From NCBI GenBank assembly GCA_965279525.1, contig CBDIIB010000005.1, forward strand, positions 864,001-928,000: 64,000 nt of DNA, read 5' to 3'. Below, in pieces: positions 38,576 to 48,737 of this stretch. Each line of letters opens with the position of its first letter. The first letter of the stretch is position 1. This stretch comes from Tagaea sp. (lineage in GTDB: Bacteria; Pseudomonadota; Alphaproteobacteria; CACIAM-22H2). The notes beneath the pieces were generated by a model that was given only the letters and a program-made list of their open reading frames with translations, was not told the DNA's origin and did not search any database. Made by a program: the position numbers and the translations under genes.

Positions 38576-39504
38576 GCGATCCGTGCCTGTTCTGCGGCGA
38601 GCCCACGCGCGTGGCCGAGCCGCACATCGTCGACAACCGCTTCGGCTCGCCCGGCGAGTACGCGATCCATGCGTGCGCCGCGTGCGGCGGCCGGCAGACC
38701 TTCCCGCGACCCGATGCGCCGGCGCTGAAAGCACTCTACGAGCGCTGGTACAATTACGGCGGCAAGACCGACGCCGGATATGCGTCCGCCCGCGAGGCGT
38801 TCCTGTTCTCGCCCTTCTACCGGCTGATGCTCGCCCTCGACGGCGACGTTTCCTTCCATGCGGTGCCTGGCACCGGTCGGCTCATCGACATCGGCTGCAA
38901 CGAGGGGCGCGGGCTTGCCCTCTATCGGCGCAACGGCTTTGCGGCTGAGGGGCTCGAACTCAACAGCCATGCGGCGGCGGCGGCACGCGCGCGCGGCTTC
39001 ACCGTGCACGAGACATGGATCGAGGATTTCACGCCGGCGGCCCCCTTCGACGTCGCGGTGCTGTCCAACGTGCTCGAGCACGCGTCCGACCCGCGCATCA
39101 TGCTGAAACACGTCAAGCGCATCCTGCGGCCCGGCGGCGAGGTATGGATCAGCCTGCCCAACGCCGAGTCCGCGATGATCGGTCTCGCCGGGCCGGACTG
39201 GATCAACTGGCACGTGCCCTTCCACATCGTGCATTTCACGCGTGCGCGCCTCACGCGCCTGCTCGAGGAAGAAGGCTTTGCCGTGCGCGGCGTGCGCAAC
39301 GTCACGCCGGCGCTGTGGGTGGCGCAGAGCGCCATCGCGCGCCTGTGGCGCAAGGATCCGGCGGCGACGATCCGCCTGCAACGCAAGACGCTTCTCGTCG
39401 CTTCGTTCATGGCGATCGCGCGCGGCCTGCTGTTTCCCGTCCTGTGGGGCTGGAACCGCACGGGCCGCGGCGACTGCCTGGTCGTGCGCGCAAGGCGCGC
39501 CTGA
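38572..39504 (+). CDS. Class I SAM-dependent methyltransferase
   Basis: GTGA overlap; CLFC..CAAC, LIDIGCNEG, NVLEH, WHVPFH. Confidence 0.88.
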   Translation: MSDPCLFCGEPTRVAEPHIVDNRFGSPGEYAIHACAACGGRQTFPRPDAPALKALYERWYNYGGKTDAGYASAREAFLFSPFYRLMLALDGDVSFHAVPGTGRLIDIGCNEGRGLALYRRNGFAAEGLELNSHAAAAARARGFTVHETWIEDFTPAAPFDVAVLSNVLEHASDPRIMLKHVKRILRPGGEVWISLPNAESAMIGLAGPDWINWHVPFHIVHFTRARLTRLLEEEGFAVRGVRNVTPALWVAQSAIARLWRKDPAATIRLQRKTLLVASFMAIARGLLFPVLWGWNRTGRGDCLVVRARRA

Positions 39505-40697
39505 TGCGCATCCTCGTCCACGACTATCCGGGCCATGCGTTCCCCGTGCAGCTGTCGCGCGCCCTTGCCGCGCGTGGCCACACGGTGCGCCATCTGTCGT
39601 TCCCCGAGTTCGAAGCACCCAAAGGGCCGTTGGCGCGCAAGGACAGCGATCCCGCGAATTTCGAGACCGAGTTCCTCGACCTTGGTGAACCGTTCGCCAA
39701 GCACAGCTTCGTCAGGCGCTGGCGCCAGGAACGCCGGCTTGGCGTGCTTGCCGAGCGCGCCGTCGCGCGGTGGAAGCCGGACGTGGTGCTGGCCGGCAAC
39801 GCGCCCATCGACGTGCAGGCCGGCACGATGCGCGGCGCCCATGCGGCCGGTGCGGGCTTCGTCTACTGGCTGCAGGACATCGTCGGCATCGCCATGCGCC
39901 GCATCCTCGGGCACCGGCTGTCGCTGCCCGGCACGCTGATCGGCATGGCCTACGAGTGGCGCGAGAAACGGATGCTGCGGGCATCCGATGCCGTCGTCTC
40001 GATCACGGCGGATTTCGAGCCGCTGCTGGAAGGCTGGGGTGTGGCGAAGGCGCGCATCCACACGATCGAAAACTGGGCCGCGCGCGAGGAGATCGCGTTC
40101 GCACCGCGCGACAACGCCTGGGCACGGACGCACGGGCTCGTCGGCAAGACCGTGTTCCTCTATTCGGGAACGCTCGGTCTCAAGCACGATCCGAGCCTGC
40201 TGCTCGACCTTGCCCGCACGCAGCCGGACGCCACGGTCGTCGTCAATTCCGAGGGCCGCGGGGCGGACTGGCTGCGCGCGAACGGCGATGGCGCGTCCAA
40301 CCTGCGCGTCCTGCCCTTCCAGCCTTTCGCGCGGCTGGGCGAGGTGCTGGCCAGCGCCGACGTGCTGGTCGCGGTGCTCGAGCCGGATGCCGGGATCTTC
40401 TCGGTCCCGTCCAAGGTGCTCACCTATCTGTGCGCCGGACGGCCGCTGCTGCTGGCCGTTCCGCCCGCCAATCTCGCCGCGCGCATCGTGCTGCGCGAGG
40501 GGGCTGGGCTTGCCGCCGATCCGGGCGACCGGGCCGGATTCCTCGCCGCCGCCGGCAAGCTGGCCGGGGACCCCGCTTCGCGCGCCGCCATGGGCGCCAA
40601 GGCGCTGGACTACGCGGCGAAGACCTTCGATATTGCCGCAATTGCGGCACGATTCGACGCGATACTCGCGCACGCCGCACAACGACGGACGCCATGA
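39504..40697 (+). CDS. Glycosyltransferase family 4 (WcaI-like)
   Basis: MRILVHDYPGHAF, WLQDI, IENWA, YSGTLGLKH, SVPSKVLTYL. Confidence 0.88.
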   Translation: MRILVHDYPGHAFPVQLSRALAARGHTVRHLSFPEFEAPKGPLARKDSDPANFETEFLDLGEPFAKHSFVRRWRQERRLGVLAERAVARWKPDVVLAGNAPIDVQAGTMRGAHAAGAGFVYWLQDIVGIAMRRILGHRLSLPGTLIGMAYEWREKRMLRASDAVVSITADFEPLLEGWGVAKARIHTIENWAAREEIAFAPRDNAWARTHGLVGKTVFLYSGTLGLKHDPSLLLDLARTQPDATVVVNSEGRGADWLRANGDGASNLRVLPFQPFARLGEVLASADVLVAVLEPDAGIFSVPSKVLTYLCAGRPLLLAVPPANLAARIVLREGAGLAADPGDRAGFLAAAGKLAGDPASRAAMGAKALDYAAKTFDIAAIAARFDAILAHAAQRRTP

Positions 40698-41311
40698 CCC
40701 AGCAGTTCGACACCGACCGTTTCTACGAATCCGAATTCGTCGAGCACCGCGCGGTCGCGGAAGCCACGCACCGCGCGCTCAAGAGCGAATTCGCCAGGCT
40801 GCTGGCGCAGGCCGTCGCGACGATCCGCAACGGCGGCAAGCTGATGTTCTTCGGCAACGGCGGCTCGGCGTCCGACGCGCAGCACCTCGCGACGGAGCTG
40901 ACCGTGCGCTACGTCAAGAACCGCCCGGCGCTCGCGGCCATCGCGCTGACGACCGACAGTTCGGCCCTGACCGCGATCGGCAACGACATCGGCTTCCACC
41001 GCCTGTTCTCCCGCCAGATCGAAGCGCTGGGCAAGCCGGGCGATCTCGTCGTGGGCATCACCACGTCGGGCGTGTCGCCCAACGTGCTCGAGGCCTTCAG
41101 GGTCGCGAAGAAGATGGGCATCGCCGTCGCCTGCCTCACCGGCAAGACCGGCGGCGAGGCGAAGGCGCTTGCCGACATCTGCCTGATCGTGCCGTCCGGC
41201 ACGACCGCGCGCATCCAGGAAATGCACATCACGCTGGGCCAGATGCTGTGCGGCGGGCTGGAGCTCGCACTCGGCATCGCCGACGGGCCGGACCCCTACG
41301 GCGCGCCATGA
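40694..41311 (+). CDS. gmhA: Phosphoheptose isomerase
   Basis: FGNGGSASDAQH, TAIGND, FSRQIEALG, TARIQEMH. Confidence 0.95.
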   Translation: MTQQFDTDRFYESEFVEHRAVAEATHRALKSEFARLLAQAVATIRNGGKLMFFGNGGSASDAQHLATELTVRYVKNRPALAAIALTTDSSALTAIGNDIGFHRLFSRQIEALGKPGDLVVGITTSGVSPNVLEAFRVAKKMGIAVACLTGKTGGEAKALADICLIVPSGTTARIQEMHITLGQMLCGGLELALGIADGPDPYGAP

Positions 41312-42771
41312 CCGTCTACGCCGAACTCGCGGCCCTCGTGCCGAAGCTCAAGGGTGCCCGCGTCGTGTGCGTGGGCGACCTGATGCTCGACCGTTTCGTC
41401 TACGGCACGGCCGAGCGCATCTCGCCCGAAGCGCCGATCCCGGTCGTGCGCATCGAGCGCGAGGAATCGATGCTCGGCGGTGCGGGCAACGTCGTGCGCA
41501 ACATCGTCGGGCTTGGCGGCGAGGTCGAGTTCGTCTCGGTCGTCGGCCAGGACCAGGCGGGGCGCGAGGTGCTCGGCCTCGTGGGCGAACTCGACGGCGT
41601 CGAGCCGCACCTGCTCGTCGAGCGCAACCGCGTGACGACGATCAAGACGCGCTTCATCGCGGGCCACCAGCAGATGCTGCGCGCCGACAGCGAGACCGAT
41701 GTCCCCGTCGCCGACCCGATCGCGGAAGATGCCGCACGCCTGGTCTGCCAGGCGATGAAGAGCTGCACCGTCGTCGCCATCTCGGATTATGCCAAGGGCC
41801 TGCTGATCCCGCGCGAGATCGCCACGATCATCCACGCGGCCAAGGCCGCCAAGCGCACCGTCATCGTCGATCCCAAGGGGCGCGACTATTCGCGCTACAA
41901 GGGCGCGACGATCCTGACGCCCAACCAGCGCGAGCTTGCCGACGCCGCCCAGATGCCCGCCGACGACGACCGCGGCGTCGAGCTTGCGGCCAAGAAGATC
42001 CTGAAGATCACCGAGGCGCAGGCCATCGTCGTCACGCGCGGCGCCGACGGCATGAGCGTGGTGCCCGCCAAGGGCAAGGCGCTGCACCTGCCCGCCCTCG
42101 CGCGCGAGGTCTACGACGTGTCGGGTGCCGGCGACACGGTCGTCGCCACGCTCGCCACCGCCCTTGCCGGTGGCCTCAGCCTCGAACAGGCGGCACGCCT
42201 CGCGTCGGTCGCGGCCAGCGTCGTCGTCGCCAAGGTGGGCACGGCCGTCGCCTACTCGGCCGACCTGCTGCGGGCACTCCGCCACGACGACATCGCGACG
42301 GGCGAGCACAAGGTCGTCACGCTCGAACAGGCGATCGACGAAGTCGGCCGCTGGCGCCATCAGGGCCTCAAGATCGGCTTCACCAACGGCTGCTTCGACC
42401 TGCTGCATCCGGGCCATGTCTCGCTGATCGGCCAGGCGCGCGCCGCATGCGACCGCCTCGTCGTCGGCCTCAATTCCGACGCGTCGGTCAAGCGCCTCAA
42501 GGGGCCGAACCGCCCCGTGCAGGGCGAAGCCGCGCGCGCCTCGGTCATCGGCTCGCTCGGCCATGTCGATCTCGTCGTGATCTATGCCGAGGACACGCCG
42601 ATGGAAACGCTGAACGCGCTGAAGCCCGACGTGCTCGTCAAGGGTGCGGACTACACCAAGGACAAGGTCGTGGGCGCCAGGGAAGTGGAAGGCTGGGGCG
42701 GGCGCGTCGTGCTCGCCAAGCTCGTCGCCGGCCAGAGCACGACCGCGACCATCGGGAAGATGGCGAAGTAG
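41308..42771 (+). CDS. hldE: Bifunctional heptose-7-P kinase / heptose-1-P adenylyltransferase
   Basis: GDLMLD, RISPEAP, GGAGNV, DVSGAGDTV, FTNGCFDLLHPGH, KGADY. Confidence 0.96.
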   Translation: MTVYAELAALVPKLKGARVVCVGDLMLDRFVYGTAERISPEAPIPVVRIEREESMLGGAGNVVRNIVGLGGEVEFVSVVGQDQAGREVLGLVGELDGVEPHLLVERNRVTTIKTRFIAGHQQMLRADSETDVPVADPIAEDAARLVCQAMKSCTVVAISDYAKGLLIPREIATIIHAAKAAKRTVIVDPKGRDYSRYKGATILTPNQRELADAAQMPADDDRGVELAAKKILKITEAQAIVVTRGADGMSVVPAKGKALHLPALAREVYDVSGAGDTVVATLATALAGGLSLEQAARLASVAASVVVAKVGTAVAYSADLLRALRHDDIATGEHKVVTLEQAIDEVGRWRHQGLKIGFTNGCFDLLHPGHVSLIGQARAACDRLVVGLNSDASVKRLKGPNRPVQGEAARASVIGSLGHVDLVVIYAEDTPMETLNALKPDVLVKGADYTKDKVVGAREVEGWGGRVVLAKLVAGQSTTATIGKMAK

Positions 42772-42772
42772 C

Positions 42773-43927
42773 CTAGCGCCTGGTCAGCGCCAGCGCGACG
42801 AATGCGCCGATCAGCAGCGCGCCCCAGACGCGGATCATCATGTCGGCGGGCAGCGACAGCAGCGTCGGCGCCAGATAGACGATCGCGCCCACGCCACCGG
42901 AAATCGCGGACAGGTTTGACCGCACGCGGCCGAGAATGTCCTTTTCGCATATCGCGATGAAGCGGCTGTCCGACAGCACCTTGGCAAGCGAGAAGAAGAC
43001 GCCCAATCCCGCACAGGCCGCGAGGATCGTCGGCGCATCCGGCGCAAAGGAAAGTGCGACGAGTGCCGCTCCGAGTCCGCACACGCCCGCGACCGCGACG
43101 GTCTCGCGCGGCTGACCACGGCGCAGGTAGCGCGCGAGCCCCAGCGCCGTCACGAACGCGCCGACGGACCAGAGCGCGTCGCCGGCACCGTAGACCTGCG
43201 CGCCAAAGCCTTTCTGCTTGGCCAGTCCGGCAAGCGCGGCGTTGACCATCTGGCCGGCGGACCATGCTGCGACGCCGACAGCGCCCGTGCGCAGGATGTC
43301 GGCGCGCCCGAGATACCGGAAGCCGGCCACCATGTCGGCGAAGTAGTTCCGCCGCGCGCCCGGCGCCGGACGATGCGACGGCAGGGCGAAACGCACCACG
43401 ACGCCGCCGGCAAGTGCGACGCAGATCGACAAGACGAAGACGGCCTGCGGGCCGGACGTGGCGACAAGCACGCCCGAAATCCCGGCGCCGCCCACGAGGC
43501 CGATCTGGCGCAGCAGATTGCGCACGGCAGCCACCTGCGGCAGTTCGTCCGGCAACGAGATGCGCTGGAGCATCGCTTCGAGGGACGGGCCTTGTGCGGC
43601 ACCCCCCACGCTCAGCAGGAACATCACGAGATAGAACGCCGCCGGTCCGGTTGCTGGCGCCGTCGCGAGAAGGCCGAGCGCCAGCGCGCATATGCACGCA
43701 CCGATCAGGAACGAGTCGCGTCGATCAAAGCGATCGACGAGCACGCCGACGAAGGGGCCGACGAACAGGTTCGTCAGGTTGCCGACCAGAAAGACGATGC
43801 CCACCGCCTCGTAGCCGCCGCTCGTCTCGAGAGCCGTCCACGCAAGTGCCACCAGTGCGGCACCGACCACGAAATTCTGCGCCAACGCGCCCGTCGCGAA
43901 GGCAAGTGTTTCGGAATCCAACCGCAT
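42773..43927 (-). CDS. MFS transporter
   Basis: GVLVDRFDRR motif A, about 12 hydrophobic segments. Confidence 0.85.
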   Translation of the reverse strand: MRLDSETLAFATGALAQNFVVGAALVALAWTALETSGGYEAVGIVFLVGNLTNLFVGPFVGVLVDRFDRRDSFLIGACICALALGLLATAPATGPAAFYLVMFLLSVGGAAQGPSLEAMLQRISLPDELPQVAAVRNLLRQIGLVGGAGISGVLVATSGPQAVFVLSICVALAGGVVVRFALPSHRPAPGARRNYFADMVAGFRYLGRADILRTGAVGVAAWSAGQMVNAALAGLAKQKGFGAQVYGAGDALWSVGAFVTALGLARYLRRGQPRETVAVAGVCGLGAALVALSFAPDAPTILAACAGLGVFFSLAKVLSDSRFIAICEKDILGRVRSNLSAISGGVGAIVYLAPTLLSLPADMMIRVWGALLIGAFVALALTRR

Positions 43928-44034
43928 CTGGGGAATGCCGCGCTTTAGAGGAAGCTATCGTGTCGCGCACAATTCCCACGCCAGTGGCGGCGCGTAAATC
44001 CGTACAATCGTAAACGGAACCGGCGGCGTGAAGC

Positions 44035-45294
44035 CTAGCGTGTCAGCATGCGCCGGCGGGCCGGGGCGGGCTGGTTGCGCGGCAGCCAGCGCGCCATCAG
44101 GCGTTCGACATTCTCGAGCCCGTCGAGCAGGCCCGGAATGACCGCCGCCGACGGCGGGTTCTGGTCGGCCAATGCGCGCAGCGCCTCGACCATCTTGCCG
44201 GTATCGCGGATGCCGTCGTCGGGTAGCATGCGCGTCAGGCCCACATATTCCGCACGCTCGGCGCGGATGTACTGCTCGAGACGCGGCGCGATGCGCGGCA
44301 CGATGACCGCCGGCTTGTCGAAGGACAGGATCTCGCAGAACGTGTTGTAGCCGCCCATCGCCACGACGCCTGCGGCACGCGTGATCAGCTGCTCGAGATG
44401 CGCGTCGAACGTGATCGCCTCGACATGCTTTCCGATCCGCGCCGCGCGTTCGATGAATTCCGACTGCTTTTCCGACTGCATGAAGGGCCCGAGCACCAGC
44501 AGGGCGCGGTGCGGGAGTTCGGCGCCGCTCTCGTAGGCCCTCAGGACCCAGTCGATCAGCGCGTCGCCGTCGCCGCCGCCGCCGGTCGTCACCAGCACGT
44601 AGGGCTGCTCGCGCGCCTGGGCGTGCTCGACCGTCGAGCGCGGGTTGCCCTGCGGGATCACGCGCTTCAGGTAGCCCGTGTAGCTCATCTTCTTGCGCAC
44701 CGACTGCGGGATGACGAGGCCGGCGAGCGGGTCGCAGATCTGCGGCAGGCCGTAGACCCAGATGTCGTCGTAGAGTTCGCGCAAGGCCGGCAGCGCCTTC
44801 TTGCGCCGCCATTCGGGCTCGAGCAGGGCCGGATCATCCATCACGTCGCGCAGGCCGAGCACGAGCGGCACGCCGCGCCGCTTGAGGAAATGCAGCGTCT
44901 CGGCGACCTCGCCGCGCAGGCCCAGCGGCTCCTTGTCGACGATGAACAGGTCGGGGTCGAACGCTTCGGCCGTGTGGCGGATGATCGAGGCGCGGATCGC
45001 CAGCGTCTGGGCGATGTCGATATGCAGGTTGAGCGAGGTGTATTCGCCGTTGCGCAGCTTGATGACGCCCGGGATGCGCACGAAATCGACGCGCGCCTTG
45101 AAATCGAACGAACCGATGATCGGCGAGCCCGACAGGATCAGCACCGAGAGGTCCTTGTCGGCCTCGACCAGCGCATGCGCGATCGTGCGGCAGCGGCGCA
45201 GATGCCCGAGTCCCATCGTGTCGTGGCTGTAAATCAGCACACGCCGGTCGGTGCGGAGCGCCCGCTTGGCGCCGTTTCGACCCCCGATTTCCAC
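44035..45294 (-). CDS. Predicted glycosyltransferase (COG4671-type, GT-B fold)
   Basis: YSHDTMGLGHLRR, VDKEPLG, GLRDV, TGGGGDG, MGGYNT, EQYIRA; start uncertain. Confidence 0.85.
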   Translation of the reverse strand: MEIGGRNGAKRALRTDRRVLIYSHDTMGLGHLRRCRTIAHALVEADKDLSVLILSGSPIIGSFDFKARVDFVRIPGVIKLRNGEYTSLNLHIDIAQTLAIRASIIRHTAEAFDPDLFIVDKEPLGLRGEVAETLHFLKRRGVPLVLGLRDVMDDPALLEPEWRRKKALPALRELYDDIWVYGLPQICDPLAGLVIPQSVRKKMSYTGYLKRVIPQGNPRSTVEHAQAREQPYVLVTTGGGGDGDALIDWVLRAYESGAELPHRALLVLGPFMQSEKQSEFIERAARIGKHVEAITFDAHLEQLITRAAGVVAMGGYNTFCEILSFDKPAVIVPRIAPRLEQYIRAERAEYVGLTRMLPDDGIRDTGKMVEALRALADQNPPSAAVIPGLLDGLENVERLMARWLPRNQPAPARRRMLTR

Positions 45295-45566
45295 GACCGG
45301 ACTCCGTTGTGTCGGCCTGTTCGGCCCCCTGATTCCGACGAACACTAGGGGGATTGGGGGTCCCAAGCCAAGCTACGTTTCAAGGATCGAAATTTCACTT
45401 ATCAATCAATAGATAGCACCGACACCCCGGCCGCTACAGGTTGACCGGTGGTGTACAAAATTTAAGCGAATTGCCTGTCGGGGGCCGATCCGGGGACCGC
45501 TTGCCGGCCGCGCGCGCGGGCAGCTAATCTCGCGCCTTCGACTTCGAGCCGGGGGAACGCGCGAAC

Positions 45567-48257
45567 GTGGCGTCTGGGGCGGACGAGGGACTCGACCGGT
45601 CGATCTACCGGTACGTGCTCCGGTTTTCGATCAAGGACACGGTGAAGATCTGCGCCCTCGTGGCGGCGGCGCAGCTCTTCTATTACGTGTCGCTCGACCT
45701 GCCCAAGAACATCATGAACCAGGGCATCCAGGGCAAGGGCATCCAGTTCCCCGTGGATCTGGCAGGGCTGGGCTGGTTCAAGGCCGACCAGATCGGCTAC
45801 CTGCTGTGGCTTTGCGCGCTGTTCTTCGTCGCGATCCTGATAAACGGCGGCCTCAAGCAGTACGTCAATTCGATGAAGGGGAAACTCGGCGAGCGCCTGC
45901 TGCGCCGGCTGCGCTTCCAGCTGATGGCGCGCATCCTGCGCTTCCCGGTCCCGCATTTCCGCAAGACCTCGTCGGGCGAGCTGATCCCGATGCTGACGGC
46001 CGAGGTCGAGCAGATCGGCGGCTTCATGGGCGACGCGTTCGTCCAGCCGCTGATGCAGGCCGGCATGCTGCTGACGATCTCGATCTTCCTGTTCGTGCAG
46101 AACCCGCTGATGGGCCTTGCGGCCGTCTCGCTGTTTCCGCTGCAGGCCTACATCGTGCCCAAGCTCCAGAAGAAGGTGAAGGCGCTGGGCAAGGAGCGCG
46201 TCAAGGCGGTGCGCAAGATCTCCGAGCGCATCGGCGAGACGGTCGGTGGCATCCAGGAGGTGCGCACGCTGGGCACGGCCGCATGGGAACGCGCGGACTA
46301 TACCGAGCGCTTCGGTCTCGTCTACCGCATCCGCTACGACATCTACCAGCGCAAGTCGCTGGTGAAGTTCATCAACAACACGCTGAATCAGGGCGCCCCG
46401 CTGCTGTTCTACGGCATCGGCGGCTATCTGGTGATCAACGGCGGGCTGACGCTGGGCGCCCTCGTCGCGGCGCTCGCCGCGCACAAGGACATGACCGCGC
46501 CGTGGAAGGAACTGCTCGACTACTACCAGCAGTCCCAGGACGCGCAGCAGAAATACGAACAGGTCATCGAGCAGTTCCAGCCCGAGAGCATGCTGCCGGC
46601 CGGCCTGCATGCACCTGCAGACGCGGACGCGCCGCGGCTCGACGGGCCGATTGTCGCGTCGGCGCTGAGCGTGCAGGAAGACGCGCAGACCAAGCTGCTC
46701 GAAGGCGTCAATTTCACGATCGCGCCGGGCGAGCATGTCGCCGTCGTCGGGCCGCCGGGCGGCGGGCGCGAGGCGCTGGTGCAGACGCTGGCCCGCCTCT
46801 ATTTGCCCACCGGCGGCACCCTGCGCATCGGCGAGCGCGACGTGACCACGATCGGGGATGCCGACCTTGGCGCCCGGCTCGCCTATGTCGGTCCTAACGC
46901 CTATGTCTTCTCGGCCAGCGTGCGCGACAATCTCGCCTACGGCCTGCGCCAGCGCGTGCTGTCGCCCACCGAGGATGCGGCGCGCCAGGCCCTGCTGGTC
47001 GAGGCCGAACGCGCCGGCAACCTGCCGCTCGACGTCGAGGCGCAGTGGGTCGACTACGGACAGGCCGGGGCGAAGGACGCCGCCGACTTCGACCGCGTGG
47101 CGGCCGAAATGCTGACGCGCGTCGATCTCGCCGAGGACGTCTTCCAGCTCGGTCTGCGCGGACGCATCGACCCCAAGCGCAAGCAGGCGGTCGCCGACGC
47201 GATCCTCGCCGCGCGCGCGGCGTTCCGCCAGCGTCTGGCCGGCAGCCAGGCCGATCCGGCGCTGAAAGGCCTGATCGAGACGTTCGATCCCGAGCGCTAC
47301 AACGACAACGCTTCGCTGGGCGAGAACCTGCTGTTCGGTACCCCGCTCGATCCGAGCTTCGAGGGCGACGCGCTCGCCACCCAGCCCGATTTCCTCGCCG
47401 TCCTTCGCGCGAACGGCCTCGAGCCCGAACTCGTGACGATGGGCCGCAAGGTCGCCGAGACGATGGTCGAGCTGTTCGCGGGCCTGCCGGCGGGCCACGA
47501 GTTCTTCGACCGCTTCAGTTTCATCGCCGCCGACGACCTGCCGGTCTATCAGGCGATCCTGACGCGCACCGTGCCGCTGGCCGACGGCGCGCTGCCCGAG
47601 ATGGCCGACGACGACCGCGCGCGCCTGCTGAGCCTGCCGCTCAAGCTCGTCGACGCGCGCCACCGCCTCGGCCTCATCGACAAGGAATTCAAGGCGCGGG
47701 CCCTCGCCGCGCGCAAGGCGCTGCAGGCGGGCCTTCCCGACGGCGCGCGCGCCAAGATCGCCTTCTTCGATCCCGAGCGCTACAACGCCGCCGCGTCGAT
47801 CCAGGACAACATCCTGTTCGGCCGCGTCGCCTACGGGCAGGCCAAGGCGCAGGCGAAGGTCGGCCAGACGATCCGCGAAGTGCTCGACGCGCTCGCGCTG
47901 CGCGAACGCGTGTTCGAGATCGGCCTCGATTTCCAGACCGGCGTGGCCGGGTCGCGCCTGTCGGCCCCGCAGCGCCAGAAGCTCGCCATCGCGCGCGCAC
48001 TCGCCAAGCGGCCCGACATCCTGGTGATGAACGACGCGATCGCCGCCCTCGACCGTTCCGCGCAGTCCCGCGTGCTCGATGCGGTCATCCTCGCCGCGCG
48101 CGGCACGACGCTGGTCTGGGCCACGCAGGACGCGGCCAGCGTGCCGCGCTTCGCGCGCGCACTCGTCTTCGCCGACGGCCGACTCGTCCAGGACGGGCCG
48201 GTCGACGACCTCAAGGCCCGCGAGGGCATGCTCAAGGAAATGCTGGCCGCCGAGTAG
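45567..48257 (+). CDS. ABC exporter-type protein (TMD + interrupted, degenerate NBD)
   Basis: N-terminal ABC TMD; Walker A GPPGGGRE, signature LSAPQRQ, Walker B ILVMND; large internal insertion. Confidence 0.88.
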   Translation: MASGADEGLDRSIYRYVLRFSIKDTVKICALVAAAQLFYYVSLDLPKNIMNQGIQGKGIQFPVDLAGLGWFKADQIGYLLWLCALFFVAILINGGLKQYVNSMKGKLGERLLRRLRFQLMARILRFPVPHFRKTSSGELIPMLTAEVEQIGGFMGDAFVQPLMQAGMLLTISIFLFVQNPLMGLAAVSLFPLQAYIVPKLQKKVKALGKERVKAVRKISERIGETVGGIQEVRTLGTAAWERADYTERFGLVYRIRYDIYQRKSLVKFINNTLNQGAPLLFYGIGGYLVINGGLTLGALVAALAAHKDMTAPWKELLDYYQQSQDAQQKYEQVIEQFQPESMLPAGLHAPADADAPRLDGPIVASALSVQEDAQTKLLEGVNFTIAPGEHVAVVGPPGGGREALVQTLARLYLPTGGTLRIGERDVTTIGDADLGARLAYVGPNAYVFSASVRDNLAYGLRQRVLSPTEDAARQALLVEAERAGNLPLDVEAQWVDYGQAGAKDAADFDRVAAEMLTRVDLAEDVFQLGLRGRIDPKRKQAVADAILAARAAFRQRLAGSQADPALKGLIETFDPERYNDNASLGENLLFGTPLDPSFEGDALATQPDFLAVLRANGLEPELVTMGRKVAETMVELFAGLPAGHEFFDRFSFIAADDLPVYQAILTRTVPLADGALPEMADDDRARLLSLPLKLVDARHRLGLIDKEFKARALAARKALQAGLPDGARAKIAFFDPERYNAAASIQDNILFGRVAYGQAKAQAKVGQTIREVLDALALRERVFEIGLDFQTGVAGSRLSAPQRQKLAIARALAKRPDILVMNDAIAALDRSAQSRVLDAVILAARGTTLVWATQDAASVPRFARALVFADGRLVQDGPVDDLKAREGMLKEMLAAE

Positions 48258-48278
48258 GAACGAAGGAAGGCACGCCTC

Positions 48279-48737
48279 ATGTCGCTCAAGGAAGAAACCG
48301 ACGCGCTCAAGCGCATCCCGCTCTTCGCCAATCTCGATCCGGCGAAGCTGAAGCTGCTCGCCTTCATGAGCCAGCGCCTTGCCTTCGAGCCGGGACACGC
48401 GGTGTTCGCCCAAGGGGACGCGGGCGACGCCGCCTATATCGTGCTCGACGGCGAAGCGGTCATCTCGATCGACACGCCCAAAGGAATGATCGAGATCGCG
48501 CGCATGGGCCGCAACGAGATCCTGGGCGAAATCGCGATCCTGTGCGACGTGCCGCGCACGGCGCACGTGACCGCCGCCACCGACAAGAATCTCGTCTGCC
48601 TGAAGATCGAGAAGAACGACTTCATGGGCCTGATCAACGAGTTCCCGTCGATGGCCGTCGAGATCATGCGCGAACTTGCCCGGCGCATCGTCAATACCAA
48701 CCAGCAGCTCCGCCAGGCCGTCGCCGCGAAGGGCTGA
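48279..48737 (+). CDS. Stand-alone cyclic nucleotide-binding domain protein
   Basis: IPLFA, VFAQGDAGD, GEIAIL..PRTAHV; no HTH. Confidence 0.92.
   Translation: MSLKEETDALKRIPLFANLDPAKLKLLAFMSQRLAFEPGHAVFAQGDAGDAAYIVLDGEAVISIDTPKGMIEIARMGRNEILGEIAILCDVPRTAHVTAATDKNLVCLKIEKNDFMGLINEFPSMAVEIMRELARRIVNTNQQLRQAVAAKG

Noticed and set aside
42770-44040. 9-bp direct repeat AGCCTAGCG flanking the MFS gene as a target-site duplication
   Set aside because: Both copies are Arg-stop gene ends; no terminal inverted repeats or transposase; chance is plausible
45342-45360. CACTAGGG..ATTGGGGG motif shared with ~59925-59941
   Set aside because: Short and low-complexity; most simply similar promoter spacer/-10 sequences
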